Assembly (NCBI GenBank): GCA_965218975.1
Contig: OZ244717.1
Location: 864,001-928,000 of the forward strand
DNA length: 64,000 nucleotides
From: Candidatus Oxydemutatoraceae bacterium
GTDB lineage: Bacteria > Pseudomonadota > Gammaproteobacteria > Poriferisulfidales > Oxydemutatoraceae
Direction of reading: 5' to 3'
Part shown: positions 63,032 through 64,000 of the stretch, piece after piece
Layout: the number at the start of each line of letters is the position of its first letter
Numbering within the stretch: the first letter of the stretch is position 1
Translations under genes and position numbers: made by a program
The notes under the pieces: model-generated
Databases searched by the model: none
Told to the model about the DNA's origin: nothing
Seen by the model: only the letters and a program-made list of their open reading frames with translations

Positions 63032-63066
63032 TTGACAACTGTTATCTGTTAACTATATAGTTAACA
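63032..63066 (+). promoter_or_regulatory. Putative sigma70 promoter overlapped by a perfect 20-bp palindrome (operator candidate)
   Basis: TTGACA (63032)-N18-TATAGT (63056); TGTTAACTATATAGTTAACA at 63047-63066. Confidence 0.6.
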
Positions 63067-63319
63067 AAACTAAATTAAATAACGTGTCCGGATTATTTGC
63101 GCGGCGCGTGCGGTCAAAGCTGAACGGCAGAGTCAGCAGCGTATGTATAATTACTGTGAGGTAGAGATTCAAGGGATGGTTAAAGAGCGCTTAAATGATG
63201 CAACAGTGATAGTGTGTATGAATATCATGAACTATATTTTGCAAAGTGAATGTGGGCACGGTGGGTGATATGGGCCTTACATGTACGAAAACAGAATGTA
63301 ATGACAACTTAAAATCACG

Positions 63320-64000
63320 ATGGTGAAAAACACGTTGCTCTTCCTCGTATTGTTCCTACTGGTGTTTGCCGAAGCAGCAAGCGCGCAAATGACGACTTTT
63401 CTTGTAGAGGACCAGATTGTGCCGGCATCGTCGCGAGATGCCGGTTGGACTCTAGGAGACTTTGACGTACAGCCGCCTATTCGCCCGTATGCGGATCAAG
63501 TGGTTCCTAACGGTGCCGGAATGATTCATCCGGAATTAGCCGATTTGGATGGGGATGGCCCCGAAACAATCGGTGTGGTAGATTGGGTGGAAGTTCAAGT
63601 GCGAGTTGTGCCGCGGGATGCGGATGATCCTCCTCTGGCGAGAAGGGGCCCGACCGTAGTGCATACCAGAGCCTTAGCTAAGGCAGGCTTGCTTCTAAGC
63701 AACGGCTGGATTATCGATGCGGATACTGATTTAAACGCCCTTGATTTGAATGACCTCCACAACGCTGTGCTGACATTTGACGAAGCGTTTGATATGGAAA
63801 GAGAGAAGATATACATTGCTGTCGCGCATCGCAATCATCTGGCGGTTATGTCTTCAAGGAGTCTCGGTGCGGAAGATATAAGCGATGGCGGCACGATTAC
63901 TTATGATTTCTCATCGAGCGCCGAACAGACATTCGGTGGTTTGGGGTCCACCGGCACTGGCGGTGCGACAAAATTCGCAACGAATGCCGGTGTGTTCATG
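63320..64000 (+). CDS. Secreted protein with a VDWV...HRNHL...YDF module; partial, runs off window end and is absent from the ORF track
   Basis: Manual translation, 227 open codons: MVKNTLLFLVLFLLVFAEAASA|QMTTFL...VVDWVEVQVR...AGLLLSNGWIID...IYIAVAHRNHLAVMSS...YDFSSSAEQTFGG...GVFM. Confidence 0.85.
   Translation, partial: MVKNTLLFLVLFLLVFAEAASAQMTTFLVEDQIVPASSRDAGWTLGDFDVQPPIRPYADQVVPNGAGMIHPELADLDGDGPETIGVVDWVEVQVRVVPRDADDPPLARRGPTVVHTRALAKAGLLLSNGWIIDADTDLNALDLNDLHNAVLTFDEAFDMEREKIYIAVAHRNHLAVMSSRSLGAEDISDGGTITYDFSSSAEQTFGGLGSTGTGGATKFATNAGVFM

Overview
Gammaproteobacterial chromosome segment with signs of a host-associated, probably sponge-symbiont, lifestyle (inference). Those signs are a giant FN3/Calx-beta surface protein, decaying sulfotransferases, IS debris and scattered nonsense mutations. 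Housekeeping blocks: ilvD, nit-tldD-pmbA, purMN, hda, wrbA, aspS-nudB-yebC-ruvCAB-ybgC(pseudo)-tolQRAB-cpoB-queEC (pal absent), tRNA-Lys, rplM-rpsI, rpiA/ilvA, rpe-trpEGDC, bioA, coq7, hldD. C1 metabolism: serine-cycle genes sgaA-mcl-mtkA and a 5-formyl-H4F cyclo-ligase/fhcD-like pair. Mobile DNA: two 1912-bp IS1634-family copies with 67- and 77-bp target duplications, and three IS481-like right ends. Each IS481-like end lies exactly 5 bp upstream of a -35-like TTG hexamer, and two are interrupted by arrays of a palindromic 98-107-bp unit. Top lead: the 2.5-kaa surface protein ends in an isolated strand (VLRLRIRVFIERP). A separate secreted protein at the window end (63320>) looks like the rest of the same domain, lacking precisely that strand. 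This suggests a split-domain, donor-strand 'tag/catcher' system for surface display. All family assignments are from motif recognition only; no searches were run.
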